Source: Gemmatales bacterium (lineage in GTDB: Bacteria > Planctomycetota > Planctomycetia > Gemmatales > HRBIN36). From it: a stretch of DNA of 64,000 nt. Shown piece after piece: positions 40,669 to 51,293 of the stretch. The notes below the pieces were generated by a model that worked only from the letters and a program-made list of their open reading frames with translations, did not search any database and had not been told where the DNA came from. Numbering within the stretch: position 1 is the first letter of the stretch; every line of letters begins with the position of its first letter. The stretch is from contig JBEPZY010000001.1 in NCBI GenBank assembly GCA_041640595.1, positions 544,001-608,000 of the forward strand, read 5' to 3'. A program made the translations under genes and the position numbers.

Positions 40669-43600
40669 ATGTTCGACTGGATTATTGGAGCTTCCTTACG
40701 TAACCGTCAGCTGGTGCTTTTAGGAGCACTGGTGGTAGCTATTCTGGGCGGTTACTTGCTCGTAAACGCCTCCGTGGACATTTTCCCGGAACTGAATCGG
40801 CCCACCGTTCCTGTTGTCGTGGAGTATCCCGGTCGAGCACCCGAGGAAGTGGAACAGGATGTGACTCGCCCGCTTACTGCTTCTCTCCAGGGGGCTCCCG
40901 GGGTTCAGCAAATTATCGGGGGATCTTACCAGGGCGTGTCAGCAGTACAGGTGATCTTCGATTGGAACGTGGAACCGTTGGTTTGCCAGCAAATCGTGTC
41001 GCAGCGGATACCGTCGGCACGTTTGCCCAGCGATGCTACGGTGAATGTTTTGCCACCGTCAGCTATCCTCAACGACGTCTTTATTATCGGTTTGCGGTCG
41101 CGTAAATCCCCAGCCTCTTCCCAGGAAGTTCTGGCAACGCAGTTATTGATGCGCACTCTGGCCGATTGGCACATCCGACCAAAGCTATTTGTGCCCGGCG
41201 TCGCCAATGTGTTTGTCATCGGCGGCCTGGTTCGGCAATATCAGGTGCTTACAGACCCTGAGCGCCTGGCCCTCAACGACATCACGCTCGAAGACCTCAC
41301 CAAAGCCGTAGCCGCTGCATACGCAGCGACAGGCGGCGGACCGTTCATTGAACCACAGTCCGAAAAACTCACCCGGATCAGTGGGCCGATCCGACAGCCA
41401 CAGGATTTGGAACAAATCGCCATTCCTCGCCGCGATGGGTCAATCGTTCGGCTCAAGGAGGTGGCCGACGTCGTGGTTGCTGGGCCTATTCCGCGGGGCA
41501 GTGCTGCTCTGCATTACCGCCAGCACGATCCGGACGGCTCCATTCTCATAGACAATAGCCCGGCCATTACCATTGAGGTTCAGCGTCAGCCGGGGGCCAA
41601 CATCCTGGAAGTTACTCGCCGCCTCGAAACGGTTGTCCAGGAACTCCGTCAGGAAATTCAACGGATGTATCCGGATTTGCAGCTGGAGCTGGACGACCGA
41701 TTGTTTCGTCAGGCTGACTTTATCGAAGCCGCGATCTTCAACGTCAAAGAATCTCTGCGGGATGGCTTAGCCCTGGTGTGTGTCGTGCTGATTTTGTTTC
41801 TGGCTAATATCCGCACGGCACTGGTTACGCTCACAGCCCTGCCGTTATCCCTGGCGTTGTTCGCCGTGATCTTCGGTTTTCACAATGGGCAATGGAAACT
41901 GGTTATCAACACCATGACCCTGGGGGGTATCGCCATTGCGGTGGGGGAACTGGTAGATGACGCCATCGTGGACGTGGAAAACATCTTCCGCCGACTCAAG
42001 CAAAACCGCCAGTCCTCCGATCCCCGACCGGTTTTGGATGTGGTGCTGGATGCCTCGAAGGAAATCCGCAGCTCTATCGTCTATGCCACCATGATCGTGT
42101 GCCTGGTGGTGGCTCCGTTGTTGTTGCTGCCCGGGCTAACCGGAGCGATGTTCGCTCCGCTGGGACTGGCCTACGCTTCCTCGCTTATGGCATCGTTGCT
42201 GGTATCGCTCACGGTTACACCGGCGCTGGCATCTTACCTGCTCCCCTCGGCTCGCATCATGCATAAGCCAGGGGATTCATTCGTGGTTCGCTGGCTGAAA
42301 AAACTGGTACGTCCGTGCGTGCAGGCGGCGTTACGTCGCCCACGCTTAGTCCTGTCCATGGTCGGCGTGCTGGCCGTGGCAGCATTACTGGTGCTACCGT
42401 TTCTCGGCGGAACCTTTCTACCGCCTTTCAACGAGGATAACCTGGCCATCACCGTTACCGCTCCTTTAGGCGTTAGTCTGGATGAAGCGGCACGCATCGG
42501 GGATCGGGTGGCTCAAAGCTTGTTACAGGTGCCGGAAGTCGTTGCAGTCGCGCGTTACACTGGTCGAGCAGAGCAGGACGAAGAAGTAGCACCGATTAAC
42601 CTATCCCACCTGCAAGTCCGGCTGCTGCCCACACGCCGACCCAAGGAAGGGTGGTACTACCAAGTGCTGCGGTGGTTTCCCATCCTCGACAGATTCGGCT
42701 ACGAACATCCTGGTCGGCCCCGCGAGCAGGTTCTGGAAGATATACGCGACCGGCTGGCCTATTTTCCAGGAGTAGCCATCAACTTGGGTGGCCCCATCTC
42801 GCATCAGCTTGATCACGTCATTGCAGGCACCGAAGCAGCAGTAGCTATCCGCGTTTACGGTCCCGACCTGGCAACGTTACGGTTACTTGCTGAACGCATT
42901 CTGAACATCTTGCGGCAAACGCCTGGCGTGGTTGACGCCCGCCCAGCTCAGCCCATCGAGGAGATGGATCAGATTCGCATCCGTGTCAATCAGCAACTGG
43001 CCGGGCAGTACGGCCGCAGCAGTGCTGAAATCGCACAGCTATTGGAGACCGCTCTGGCTGGTCGGAAAGTGCAGTTCATTCCCGAAGGTAATGCACGCAC
43101 CGCATTGGTGGTCTGGTACACCCCGGAAGCTCGCCGGCACTTTGACGTCATTCGCCAGACCCTCGTAGATACGCCCTTTGGCCGTGTACCGCTGGAACAG
43201 CTGGCCGACGTCGAATACGTCAGCGGGGCCTTTTCCCTGTATCTGGAAAAACAGCAGCGCCGGCTTATGCTGGCATGCAACATTGCAGCAGCCGATATGA
43301 CCAGCGTCGTTGAGGAGATTAAACGCCGCGTGGCCGAGCTGGAGTTCCCGCCAGGTTATTCCGTGGAGTATAGCGGCCAATACGAAGAGCGCGAGAAAGC
43401 CGGTCGCTATATATGGTTTTTGTACCCAGTTGTTCTGCTGGCCATTGTGGTATTACTGTGGCGGTGTCTCGGTTCCTGGCGTGCGGCTTTTCTGGTCATG
43501 ACTAACGTCCCTCTCGCCTGCATTGGTGCCATCATCACATTGCTAGCTTTGCATCCGCCGACCTGGCAGGAGTTGCAAAGTCACGCTTGGACGGAGTGGC

Positions 43601-44295
43601 TCGACCTCTGGTTCAGCAAAACCAGTCTGTCACTGGCGCACTGGATCGGTTTTATCACGCTGACCGGAATCGTCAGCCGCAACGGGATCATGATGATCTC
43701 CCACTACCTTCACCTTATGCGTTACGAAGGCGAGAGCTTCGACGAGAAAATGATTATACGCGGAACACTGGAACGCTTAGTGCCGATGCTCATGACAGCT
43801 CTAACTACTGTTCTCGGGCTGACCCCTCTACTGCTGGGTGCGAATGAACCGGGCCGGGAGATACTTCATCCTTTGGCTGTTGTTGTAGCCAGCGGCCTGC
43901 TCTGGGCGACCGTCTTGGATCAAATCGTCACACCTGCTTTGTTTTTCGTGTTTGGTCGCAAAGTTTATTCAAACATCGCAGCTCAGGCGTCGCCTAAAGA
44001 GGTTGCGGCCACCACCCCCGCTAAGGGTACATACCAGGACAGTGCAAAGTCTGCACTTCCACAAACCGGTTCGCCAATATCACCGGAACCACTTGCCAGC
44101 GATTCACAAAAAAGTCCAGCATATACGTCGGGTGGGCAAACTACCGGCGACGAACAGCCGGCTGCTGCTATACCCGCTCCTCCTGCTGCTGAGTCTGTTG
44201 CCGAAAATGGGCAGCCGCAAGTAGCGAATCAGCCCGCTACTAAGAACCAAACCGCCGAAAATACCGGCTGCGGAGACAAATCGGATGTCCGCTAA
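40669..44295 (+). CDS. CusA/CzcA family heavy-metal RND efflux permease
   Basis: VDIFPELNRPTV, INTMTLGGIAIAVGELVDDAIVDVENI, FLPPFNE, IGFITLTGIVSRNGIMMI, ERLVPMLMTA. Confidence 0.93.
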   Translation: MFDWIIGASLRNRQLVLLGALVVAILGGYLLVNASVDIFPELNRPTVPVVVEYPGRAPEEVEQDVTRPLTASLQGAPGVQQIIGGSYQGVSAVQVIFDWNVEPLVCQQIVSQRIPSARLPSDATVNVLPPSAILNDVFIIGLRSRKSPASSQEVLATQLLMRTLADWHIRPKLFVPGVANVFVIGGLVRQYQVLTDPERLALNDITLEDLTKAVAAAYAATGGGPFIEPQSEKLTRISGPIRQPQDLEQIAIPRRDGSIVRLKEVADVVVAGPIPRGSAALHYRQHDPDGSILIDNSPAITIEVQRQPGANILEVTRRLETVVQELRQEIQRMYPDLQLELDDRLFRQADFIEAAIFNVKESLRDGLALVCVVLILFLANIRTALVTLTALPLSLALFAVIFGFHNGQWKLVINTMTLGGIAIAVGELVDDAIVDVENIFRRLKQNRQSSDPRPVLDVVLDASKEIRSSIVYATMIVCLVVAPLLLLPGLTGAMFAPLGLAYASSLMASLLVSLTVTPALASYLLPSARIMHKPGDSFVVRWLKKLVRPCVQAALRRPRLVLSMVGVLAVAALLVLPFLGGTFLPPFNEDNLAITVTAPLGVSLDEAARIGDRVAQSLLQVPEVVAVARYTGRAEQDEEVAPINLSHLQVRLLPTRRPKEGWYYQVLRWFPILDRFGYEHPGRPREQVLEDIRDRLAYFPGVAINLGGPISHQLDHVIAGTEAAVAIRVYGPDLATLRLLAERILNILRQTPGVVDARPAQPIEEMDQIRIRVNQQLAGQYGRSSAEIAQLLETALAGRKVQFIPEGNARTALVVWYTPEARRHFDVIRQTLVDTPFGRVPLEQLADVEYVSGAFSLYLEKQQRRLMLACNIAAADMTSVVEEIKRRVAELEFPPGYSVEYSGQYEEREKAGRYIWFLYPVVLLAIVVLLWRCLGSWRAAFLVMTNVPLACIGAIITLLALHPPTWQELQSHAWTEWLDLWFSKTSLSLAHWIGFITLTGIVSRNGIMMISHYLHLMRYEGESFDEKMIIRGTLERLVPMLMTALTTVLGLTPLLLGANEPGREILHPLAVVVASGLLWATVLDQIVTPALFFVFGRKVYSNIAAQASPKEVAATTPAKGTYQDSAKSALPQTGSPISPEPLASDSQKSPAYTSGGQTTGDEQPAAAIPAPPAAESVAENGQPQVANQPATKNQTAENTGCGDKSDVR

Positions 44296-45886
44296 TTCGC
44301 CTGCAAACCTAAAGCGGCGATGGATTGATCGCTTCCTGGACGCGATTCAATGGGCGGGCAACAAGCTTCCTGACCCGGCACTGATTTTCCTGTGGGCTTT
44401 GCTTCTGGTATGGGTGTTATCCGCGTTGCTATCACCTATAGAGTTCAAATATGTGGACCCGCGAACAGCAGGCCCGGGAAAAGAACCGCAGCCGATTCGC
44501 GTCCAGAATCAACTTAGTGGAACTGCGTTAACTGATTTCCTGGTCAACTTAGTGGACACTTTTGTTCGCTTTCCACCTCTGGGCGTAGTCTTGGTCGCTT
44601 TATTAGGTGTCGGCGTTGCCGAACATACAGGTTTTATTAGTGCGCTGATCAAGGCCTTGTTGGCGATCACCCCGAAGCGGCTGCTCACACCCATGCTGTT
44701 AGTTGTGGCGATCATGAGCCATTCCGCTGGTGATACGGGCTATGTGCTGGTTATTCCGCTGGGCGGCATGATCTTCGCAGCAGCTGGTCGGCACCCATTG
44801 GCAGGTATTGTCTGCGCGTTCGCTGGTGTTTCGGGTGGCTTTAGTGCGAATTTCCTTCCTTCCGGGCTGGACCCGCTTTTACAAGGTTTTACACAGTCGG
44901 CAGCGCAAATCATTGAACCGGGGCGCCAGGTTAATCCCTTGTGTAATTACTGGTTTATGTCCGGCTCCTCAATCTTGATTGTGCTGGCGGGCTGGTATAT
45001 CACCGACCGCATTATTGAACCGCGCCTGGCGAACTTTTCGATCGAGCAGGAACAACCGGATACGCCCAGACTGGATTTCTTGAGTCCGCAGGAGCGCCGC
45101 GGACTGGTAGCAGGAATTTTGACCGTTCTAATAGGGGCAGTCGCGTTGATCTTAGCCTGCGTACTGCCCGAAAAATCTCCGTTGGCTTCACCAAGGGGTA
45201 GTTTTTCCGATCATGACGCCCCACTGATGAAAGCGATAGTGCCATTGATTTTCCTGTTTTTCCTATTCCCTGGTGTCATTTACGGAATAGTGGCAGGTAC
45301 GGTGAAATCGCATCGGGATATCATTCAGGGCATGTCGAAGTCTATGCAAACTATGGGATATTATCTTGTCCTTGCGTTTTTCGCAGCACAGTTTACTTAT
45401 GCGTTTGCCAGGTCTAATCTTGGAGCATTGCTGGCAATATCCGGTGCGGAATTCCTCAAGGACCTGCGTATGCCGAACCAACTAACTCTGGTCGGCATTA
45501 TCATCCTTTCGACTACAGTCAACCTGCTAATCGGCTCAGCCTCAGCCAAATGGGCGATTTTGAGTCCGATTTTTGTTCCGATGCTTATGCAACTTGGTGT
45601 CTCGCCAGAGCTAACGCAGGCGGCTTACCGTATCGGCGACTCCAGCACGAACATCATAACTCCGCTATTGCCTTATTTTCCCCTTATAGTGGCTTATGCC
45701 CAGCGCTATGTCAAGCAGGTCGGCGTTGGCACCTTGATTTCGCTAATGCTTCCTTACGCGATGACTTTCCTGGTCGCCTGGACAGTTTTGCTCATGATCT
45801 GGTGGCAGCTTGGCTTACCATTGGGGTTACCAACAGTTTGGGGACCGCAAGGTTATACTTACTCGTCGCCCGTGCATGGCCAATAA
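44285..45886 (+). CDS. abgT: AbgT family transporter
   Basis: GNKLPDP, FPPLGVVLVALLGVGVAE, GRHPLAG, GVSGGFSAN, GSASAKW, YRIGDSSTNIITPL; overlaps the RND stop by 11 bp. Confidence 0.92.
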   Translation: MSANSPANLKRRWIDRFLDAIQWAGNKLPDPALIFLWALLLVWVLSALLSPIEFKYVDPRTAGPGKEPQPIRVQNQLSGTALTDFLVNLVDTFVRFPPLGVVLVALLGVGVAEHTGFISALIKALLAITPKRLLTPMLLVVAIMSHSAGDTGYVLVIPLGGMIFAAAGRHPLAGIVCAFAGVSGGFSANFLPSGLDPLLQGFTQSAAQIIEPGRQVNPLCNYWFMSGSSILIVLAGWYITDRIIEPRLANFSIEQEQPDTPRLDFLSPQERRGLVAGILTVLIGAVALILACVLPEKSPLASPRGSFSDHDAPLMKAIVPLIFLFFLFPGVIYGIVAGTVKSHRDIIQGMSKSMQTMGYYLVLAFFAAQFTYAFARSNLGALLAISGAEFLKDLRMPNQLTLVGIIILSTTVNLLIGSASAKWAILSPIFVPMLMQLGVSPELTQAAYRIGDSSTNIITPLLPYFPLIVAYAQRYVKQVGVGTLISLMLPYAMTFLVAWTVLLMIWWQLGLPLGLPTVWGPQGYTYSSPVHGQ

Positions 45887-46133
45887 AACGCACAATTTTC
45901 GCCTCGCAGAAAAATTTCACCCGTAGGCTAAGCCTGCTCCGACCGTTTTCACCGATTTTTGCCTGACCAAAGTTTGCGTTCTAATCTTTTGCAGAAGCAT
46001 ATTGCCGATCTGATAGCAAGCATCAGCAGCGGAATTAGCCTGATGCTTCTGCCGCCAACGACTGCATCTTTGGTCCTGGTTCGCAAATTATTCCGACCAT
46101 AATGCCGCAACGAAAGGTCAAAGCAGGAACGCC

Positions 46134-48479
46134 ATGAACGTCGGCTCAAAGCATGAATTAGCCTCTAGCCGTTCGTCATCTTTACTGCGCCGCGGCTCTC
46201 TCACGGGAGAACCGTTGGGTAACCCAACGGCCGCATCTAAGTGCGCTGCACAAGGCCAAACCGTTATTGTCAACCCTGCTCAACTGTTGCTTCAAGAGCT
46301 AATGCGAGAAAAGTTGCTGCTGCCTGACGACCTGGATAGTTTAAATGAAGACCAGTTGACGGCTCTATACAGGACAACGGAAAGGGAGCAAGCTCTAGCA
46401 CAACTGGTCGAATTTGGCCTTTTGACGCCCTACCAGGCGGAACGTATCGAGTCGGGTAAACTTCACGGTTTGGTTCTGGGCAATTATCGTGTTCTGGACC
46501 GGATCGGCTCAGGGGGTATGGGCACGGTTTATAAGGCTGAGCATATACAATTGCGTCAGCTGGCGGCAGTTAAAGTCGTGGCCATACATACGGAACGTGG
46601 GGACTGGCAACGGCTATTAATGCGGTTTCGCTCAGAAATTCGTGCAGTAGCACAGCTTCGTCATCCTAATATCGTGCAGGCTCTGGACGCCGGTGAAATA
46701 CCACCCCCTGATAGCGAATCCCCGGCGTTATGTTATTACGTCATGGAATTCGTTCAGGGACAGGACTTGGAAACATTAGTAAGTCAGCAAGGGCCTTTGC
46801 CAATCGGGCAGGCATGCGAGATCATTTATCAGGTTGCCTCAGCGCTTCACGAAATCCACTGTCATCGTCTGGTGCATAGGGACATTAAACCCTCTAATAT
46901 TATTCTCACCGCTGAAGGCAAAGCTAAGTTGCTGGATTTCGGACTGGTTCGGCATTTGCGGCACCGAGTAACAGAAGTGGGCACGGTGCTGGGAACTATT
47001 GATTACATGGCCCCCGAACAGGCTTCCGACGCCAGCAGTGTTGACATTCGTGCTGACATATATAGTCTCGGTGGCACGTTGTTCTGGTGCTTAACCGGCC
47101 GACAACCCTTCCCCTCGCAGGGGAATCTGGCAGAAGATTTACTGCTTCGGCGAAAGCAGATGCCGCCTTCTGCGCGAGCATTACGACCGGAGATACCGCC
47201 TGCTCTCGATGCGGTGATTGCTACCATGCTGCATCCGGATCGGGAAAAGCGATATCCCGAACCGAAGGCGGTCATGAACGCACTATTGCCCTATCTTCGT
47301 TTGGAACAGGTGTCGGCAGTGCTGCATCCAACGCATCCGGGTGATAGTGGGAAGGCGAACCCTGCTAGCTCGCAGCAGACGAAACGGATTCTAATCATTG
47401 ACGATGAACTACCAATTCGAGAGTTTTGTCGGCACGCCTTACAGCAGGGCGGTTTTGCCTGTGAAACAGCGGAGAATGCTAGCCAGGGACTCGCTATGAT
47501 CTCCAGCAAGCCTTTCGATCTGATTCTCCTGGACTGGAATTTGCCCGATATAGAAGGTCCAGAAGTGGTTGCTCGTGTTAGAGCTATGTCTGTGTCTCCA
47601 TACCTGAAAATCGTTATGATTTCCGGCCGTATCAGTGGCGAGGAATTGTCGCAGGCCTTGATGCGCGGTGCCGATGATTATTTGTGCAAGCCTTTTAGTT
47701 TACAGGAGATGCTCAGTCGTGTCAAAGCTGCGTTAGCATTGAAAGAGGCTCAGGAAACCATGCAAACCATGATGAGCTACCTTGCTGATGCTAACGCGCG
47801 GCTGGAACAAAACTTGACCAGTACGAGCGGCGAGTTGGCGCAGTTGCAGAATATCTTCGTACAAGTGATGGCTTTGGCGACTAATTACCGCGATACAAAT
47901 GCCCGCCGGCATCCTCAGCGTATGGCACGATATGCTCGCCGGCTTGCGGAGGCAGCTTCCTTACTTCCAGCTTTTGCAGGTGAAATTGACGAGCAATATA
48001 TTCGCCGCCTCGAAGTCGCTATCCCTTTGCATGATTTAGGCAAGGTCGGATTGCCTGACCACATACGTTTCAAGGATACCTTATTGAGTCCGGAAGAACG
48101 GTTGCTTATGCAAACGCACACTATTATCGGGCACGAAATATTGACCGAGGTAGCTAAACAATACCAGGGTCGTGCTTTTGATTTCATTCGCATGGCTGCC
48201 GAGATTGCCCGTCATCATCATGAACGATTCGATGGCAACGGGTATCCAGACGGCCTGGCCGGTAAAGATATCCCGTTATCGGCACGCATCACTGCTATCT
48301 GCGATACCTATGACGCCTTATGTTCGCCGCGACCTTATCGTCCGGCTTTACCCCATGAAACTGCCGTGCTTATGATCCTGAAAAACTCGCCTGGACAGTT
48401 CGATCCTGATTTACTCATAGCATTCGAACAAGTTGCGGCAGATTTCGCCGCTATTTTCCGAGAATTACCACCCAACTAA
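46134..48479 (+). CDS. Ser/Thr kinase - receiver (REC) - HD-GYP phosphodiesterase fusion
   Basis: Kinase IGSGGMG, HRDIKPSN, DFG, YMAPE; REC IIDDE, LILLDW, DDYLCKPF; HD-GYP LHDLGK, HHERFDGNGYP, DTYDAL...RPY. Confidence 0.92.
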   Translation: MNVGSKHELASSRSSSLLRRGSLTGEPLGNPTAASKCAAQGQTVIVNPAQLLLQELMREKLLLPDDLDSLNEDQLTALYRTTEREQALAQLVEFGLLTPYQAERIESGKLHGLVLGNYRVLDRIGSGGMGTVYKAEHIQLRQLAAVKVVAIHTERGDWQRLLMRFRSEIRAVAQLRHPNIVQALDAGEIPPPDSESPALCYYVMEFVQGQDLETLVSQQGPLPIGQACEIIYQVASALHEIHCHRLVHRDIKPSNIILTAEGKAKLLDFGLVRHLRHRVTEVGTVLGTIDYMAPEQASDASSVDIRADIYSLGGTLFWCLTGRQPFPSQGNLAEDLLLRRKQMPPSARALRPEIPPALDAVIATMLHPDREKRYPEPKAVMNALLPYLRLEQVSAVLHPTHPGDSGKANPASSQQTKRILIIDDELPIREFCRHALQQGGFACETAENASQGLAMISSKPFDLILLDWNLPDIEGPEVVARVRAMSVSPYLKIVMISGRISGEELSQALMRGADDYLCKPFSLQEMLSRVKAALALKEAQETMQTMMSYLADANARLEQNLTSTSGELAQLQNIFVQVMALATNYRDTNARRHPQRMARYARRLAEAASLLPAFAGEIDEQYIRRLEVAIPLHDLGKVGLPDHIRFKDTLLSPEERLLMQTHTIIGHEILTEVAKQYQGRAFDFIRMAAEIARHHHERFDGNGYPDGLAGKDIPLSARITAICDTYDALCSPRPYRPALPHETAVLMILKNSPGQFDPDLLIAFEQVAADFAAIFRELPPN

Positions 48480-48656
48480 CCACTTAGGCAATACCCTGTG
48501 ATAGCATCCTTGAATGTGGATCAGTTTAGCTGATAAGAACCACGGTCCAAGTCACAAAATCCGGCTATGGTCAGAAAACGCACAGGTGATTAAGTGGACT
48601 TTCCAAAAAGCAAATTAGGAAGGAAATTATTCGCCGTTAGCGTTTCGCACGGAAGT

Positions 48657-50252
48657 TCATTTTCGTACAGGTTGATGGCGGATTGGCTTGCCTGGCAGGT
48701 TATTGAGATACTTGCCATCTGCAAGCACAGGTTGGCCGTTTACGAAGAGATAGTGTACCCCTTTGGCATACTGGTGGGGTTTCTCATAGGTGGCAGTGTC
48801 GCGGAATGTTTTGGGGTCGAAGACAACAATGTCGGCATAATAACCAACGCGCAAATAGCCACGCTGAGGTAAACCCAGTATATCCGCCGGCAAGCCACTC
48901 GCAGACCGAATCGCTTGTTCAAGCGATATAAGCTTCTCTTCGATAGCGTAACGTCCGATCTTTCGCGGGAAGGTACCGTAGTGGCGTGGATGAATTACTG
49001 CAGGTGAGGGAAGTGTGGCGCTTCCATCACTCGCGGTAGCCACCCATTCTTGTTGCATATACAGGCGAACATCCTCCTCGTTCATACCGAAATTGACTAC
49101 CGAGGCCCCGCCGTTGCGTTCTATTTCGACGACCAGGTCTAAGACAGGGCGCTTTTCTTCTCGTGCTATCTGGGCAAGCGATTTTCCATTCCACTCCGGC
49201 CGTTTTGCGTAGTTGGCGATTCTGACGGATTCGCCATCCTGGTGACGCTCGATACTTCGCTGAATCGCTTGCCGCATCTTGGGCCCATGCTCTGAATCAT
49301 CCAGGCGTTTCAACATATCCTGACGGGAGCCTTCACGATATAGGGGCGGGATCAAGGTGGCTGCCAGCGATGTGCTACTTGCGATATAGGGATACTGGTC
49401 GGCAGTGACGCGCAGGCCCGAATCTCGCGCTTTGCGAATCAGCTGAATTGCATCAGCAGCCTTACCCCAGGCAAGGCGGCCGGAGCACTTGATATGCGAT
49501 ATATGTACAGGAAGCCCCGCCTTATAACCTATGGTGATCGCTTCTTGAATGGCCTCTAATAAACCAGCACCTTCGTCGCGGATATGACTCGCATAGATAC
49601 CCTGATGGCGAGCTACCACGCTTGCCAGAGCAATAAGCTCATCGGTTCGCGCATAACACCCGGGATTGTAAATCAGGCCTGTCGAGATTCCCCAAGCACC
49701 ATCCAGCATAGCTCGCTCCACCAGTTCCTGCATTCGGCGGAGTTCTTCCGCTGAAGGGGGCCGGTTAACATTGCCCATGACGTAACTTCGCAAGCTATTA
49801 TGGGGAATCAGATGACAGACATTCGTGCCGGCTCCGTTTTTCTCGATCTCGCCATAATATTCGGCTACGCGAATTGGACCTGAGCCGCAATTCCCCGTAA
49901 CGATCGTTGTGACACCTTGATACAGATAATTGAGGTTGGAGCGTGTGTTTTTTTGCAGAATAGAATTATCGCTGTGCGTATGCAGGTCTATAAAACCGGG
50001 AGCGACCACCATTCCCTGAGCGTGGATTGTCTTCGGCGCTCCTTTTACCTGAAAGCGCCCGATGGCCACAATGCGTCCGTCTTTGATAGCCAGATCGGCT
50101 ATTATCGGCTTGGCTCCACTGCCGTCGTAGAGTGTTCCGCCAACTAAGACATAGTCGGCTTCTACTTCCGGCAATGCCTGGGCGCAGGCGAATATGGCCA
50201 TCAGCAGGGAAAGCAAGGTCGCCAGGCTCACACCTATCTGTCGCATGCTCAT
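48657..50252 (-). CDS. N-acyl-D-amino-acid deacylase family amidohydrolase, secreted
   Basis: AGGAGG RBS, signal peptide; PGFIDLHTHSD, QGVTT.VTGNCG, SHIRDEG, HISHIK, DQYPY, HPRHYGTFPR, ADIVVFDP. Confidence 0.9.
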   Translation of the reverse strand: MSMRQIGVSLATLLSLLMAIFACAQALPEVEADYVLVGGTLYDGSGAKPIIADLAIKDGRIVAIGRFQVKGAPKTIHAQGMVVAPGFIDLHTHSDNSILQKNTRSNLNYLYQGVTTIVTGNCGSGPIRVAEYYGEIEKNGAGTNVCHLIPHNSLRSYVMGNVNRPPSAEELRRMQELVERAMLDGAWGISTGLIYNPGCYARTDELIALASVVARHQGIYASHIRDEGAGLLEAIQEAITIGYKAGLPVHISHIKCSGRLAWGKAADAIQLIRKARDSGLRVTADQYPYIASSTSLAATLIPPLYREGSRQDMLKRLDDSEHGPKMRQAIQRSIERHQDGESVRIANYAKRPEWNGKSLAQIAREEKRPVLDLVVEIERNGGASVVNFGMNEEDVRLYMQQEWVATASDGSATLPSPAVIHPRHYGTFPRKIGRYAIEEKLISLEQAIRSASGLPADILGLPQRGYLRVGYYADIVVFDPKTFRDTATYEKPHQYAKGVHYLFVNGQPVLADGKYLNNLPGKPIRHQPVRK

Positions 50253-50450
50253 ACGCTGGCTCCTCCTTTGCGAGTGGTTCGGATAGATTCATGGTAGCTG
50301 AACTGATGCAAATCAGCCAGCGGCGTGAAAGAAAATGCTTGGAGCACCTTACGCGGGAAGTTCGACAATGACATTTACGTACCTCACAAGGTGTATTAGA
50401 ATGGCAATCAGGCGTGCAAGGGAATGAGAGGGCTCAAAGGAGGGTTAAGC

Positions 50451-51293
50451 ATGCAACGGCGAATGGCTCCAGCGCTGCTATTGTGGTACTTGATGCTGGC
50501 GATTAGCTGGCAGGTTTCCGCGCAGGAAAAGACCGCGCGTAAAGGAAGCTCAACTATAGAAGTCATGGGCACAGGTGTGGTTCGGTTGCCGGCAGAAGGA
50601 GCCAGGCTTTTTGTGAGTATCCGCATTCGTATGCCCACCCTGAAAGAAACGGCCGCTCAAGAAGAGCGCATGGTAGCTAAGCTGGAAGAAGCGTGGAAAC
50701 AGTGGAAAACCGGAACACTGACCTGGCGTCTGCTGGATCAGCAAATGCAAGCGTTGCGGCAATCGGATCCCAATCTGCCGGAAACGGACATTAGTGAGAT
50801 GCCGGTGGTCGGTTATGCAGCCTTGCGGCTGTACCAGCTGGAGCTTACCGGTTTGCAGGGACGGGATTTGCAGGAGGCAGTACGCAACCTGCAAAAGCTG
50901 GCTTTGGAACATGGGGCTACACCGGGATTTCTTCCTCGAACGCCATCAAGCGTAGTGCGAATTATCGAACCGGATCACCTGGCCAAAGCTCGTGAGGTGG
51001 TTTACTTTGTCAGGGATGCTGAGGCTGCTTACAGAGAAGCGTTGAAAAAAGCCCAGGCCAATGCTTTAGCCAAAGTGCAGGCGTTAGTCGGGAACCGCTC
51101 CCCGACTCAGATAACTATCGAGGAGGAAATGGGGCGAAATTTTATCGACGGACATGTGTCCGGTATTACGGAGCAATTAACCTTAGAGCAGCTTGGTTTT
51201 GCCGATGAATCGGTTGGTCGAGGTTCCGAGCGTGTCTCGAGTACGCCGGAGATCGAGATTATTGCGAGAGTGCGAGTAACTTGCGAATTCTGA
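50451..51293 (+). CDS. SIMPL (DUF541)-like periplasmic protein
   Basis: Signal peptide; TIEVMGTGVV...P, AYREALKKAQANALAK, EIEIIARVRVTCEF pattern; divergent. Confidence 0.6.
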   Translation: MQRRMAPALLLWYLMLAISWQVSAQEKTARKGSSTIEVMGTGVVRLPAEGARLFVSIRIRMPTLKETAAQEERMVAKLEEAWKQWKTGTLTWRLLDQQMQALRQSDPNLPETDISEMPVVGYAALRLYQLELTGLQGRDLQEAVRNLQKLALEHGATPGFLPRTPSSVVRIIEPDHLAKAREVVYFVRDAEAAYREALKKAQANALAKVQALVGNRSPTQITIEEEMGRNFIDGHVSGITEQLTLEQLGFADESVGRGSERVSSTPEIEIIARVRVTCEF

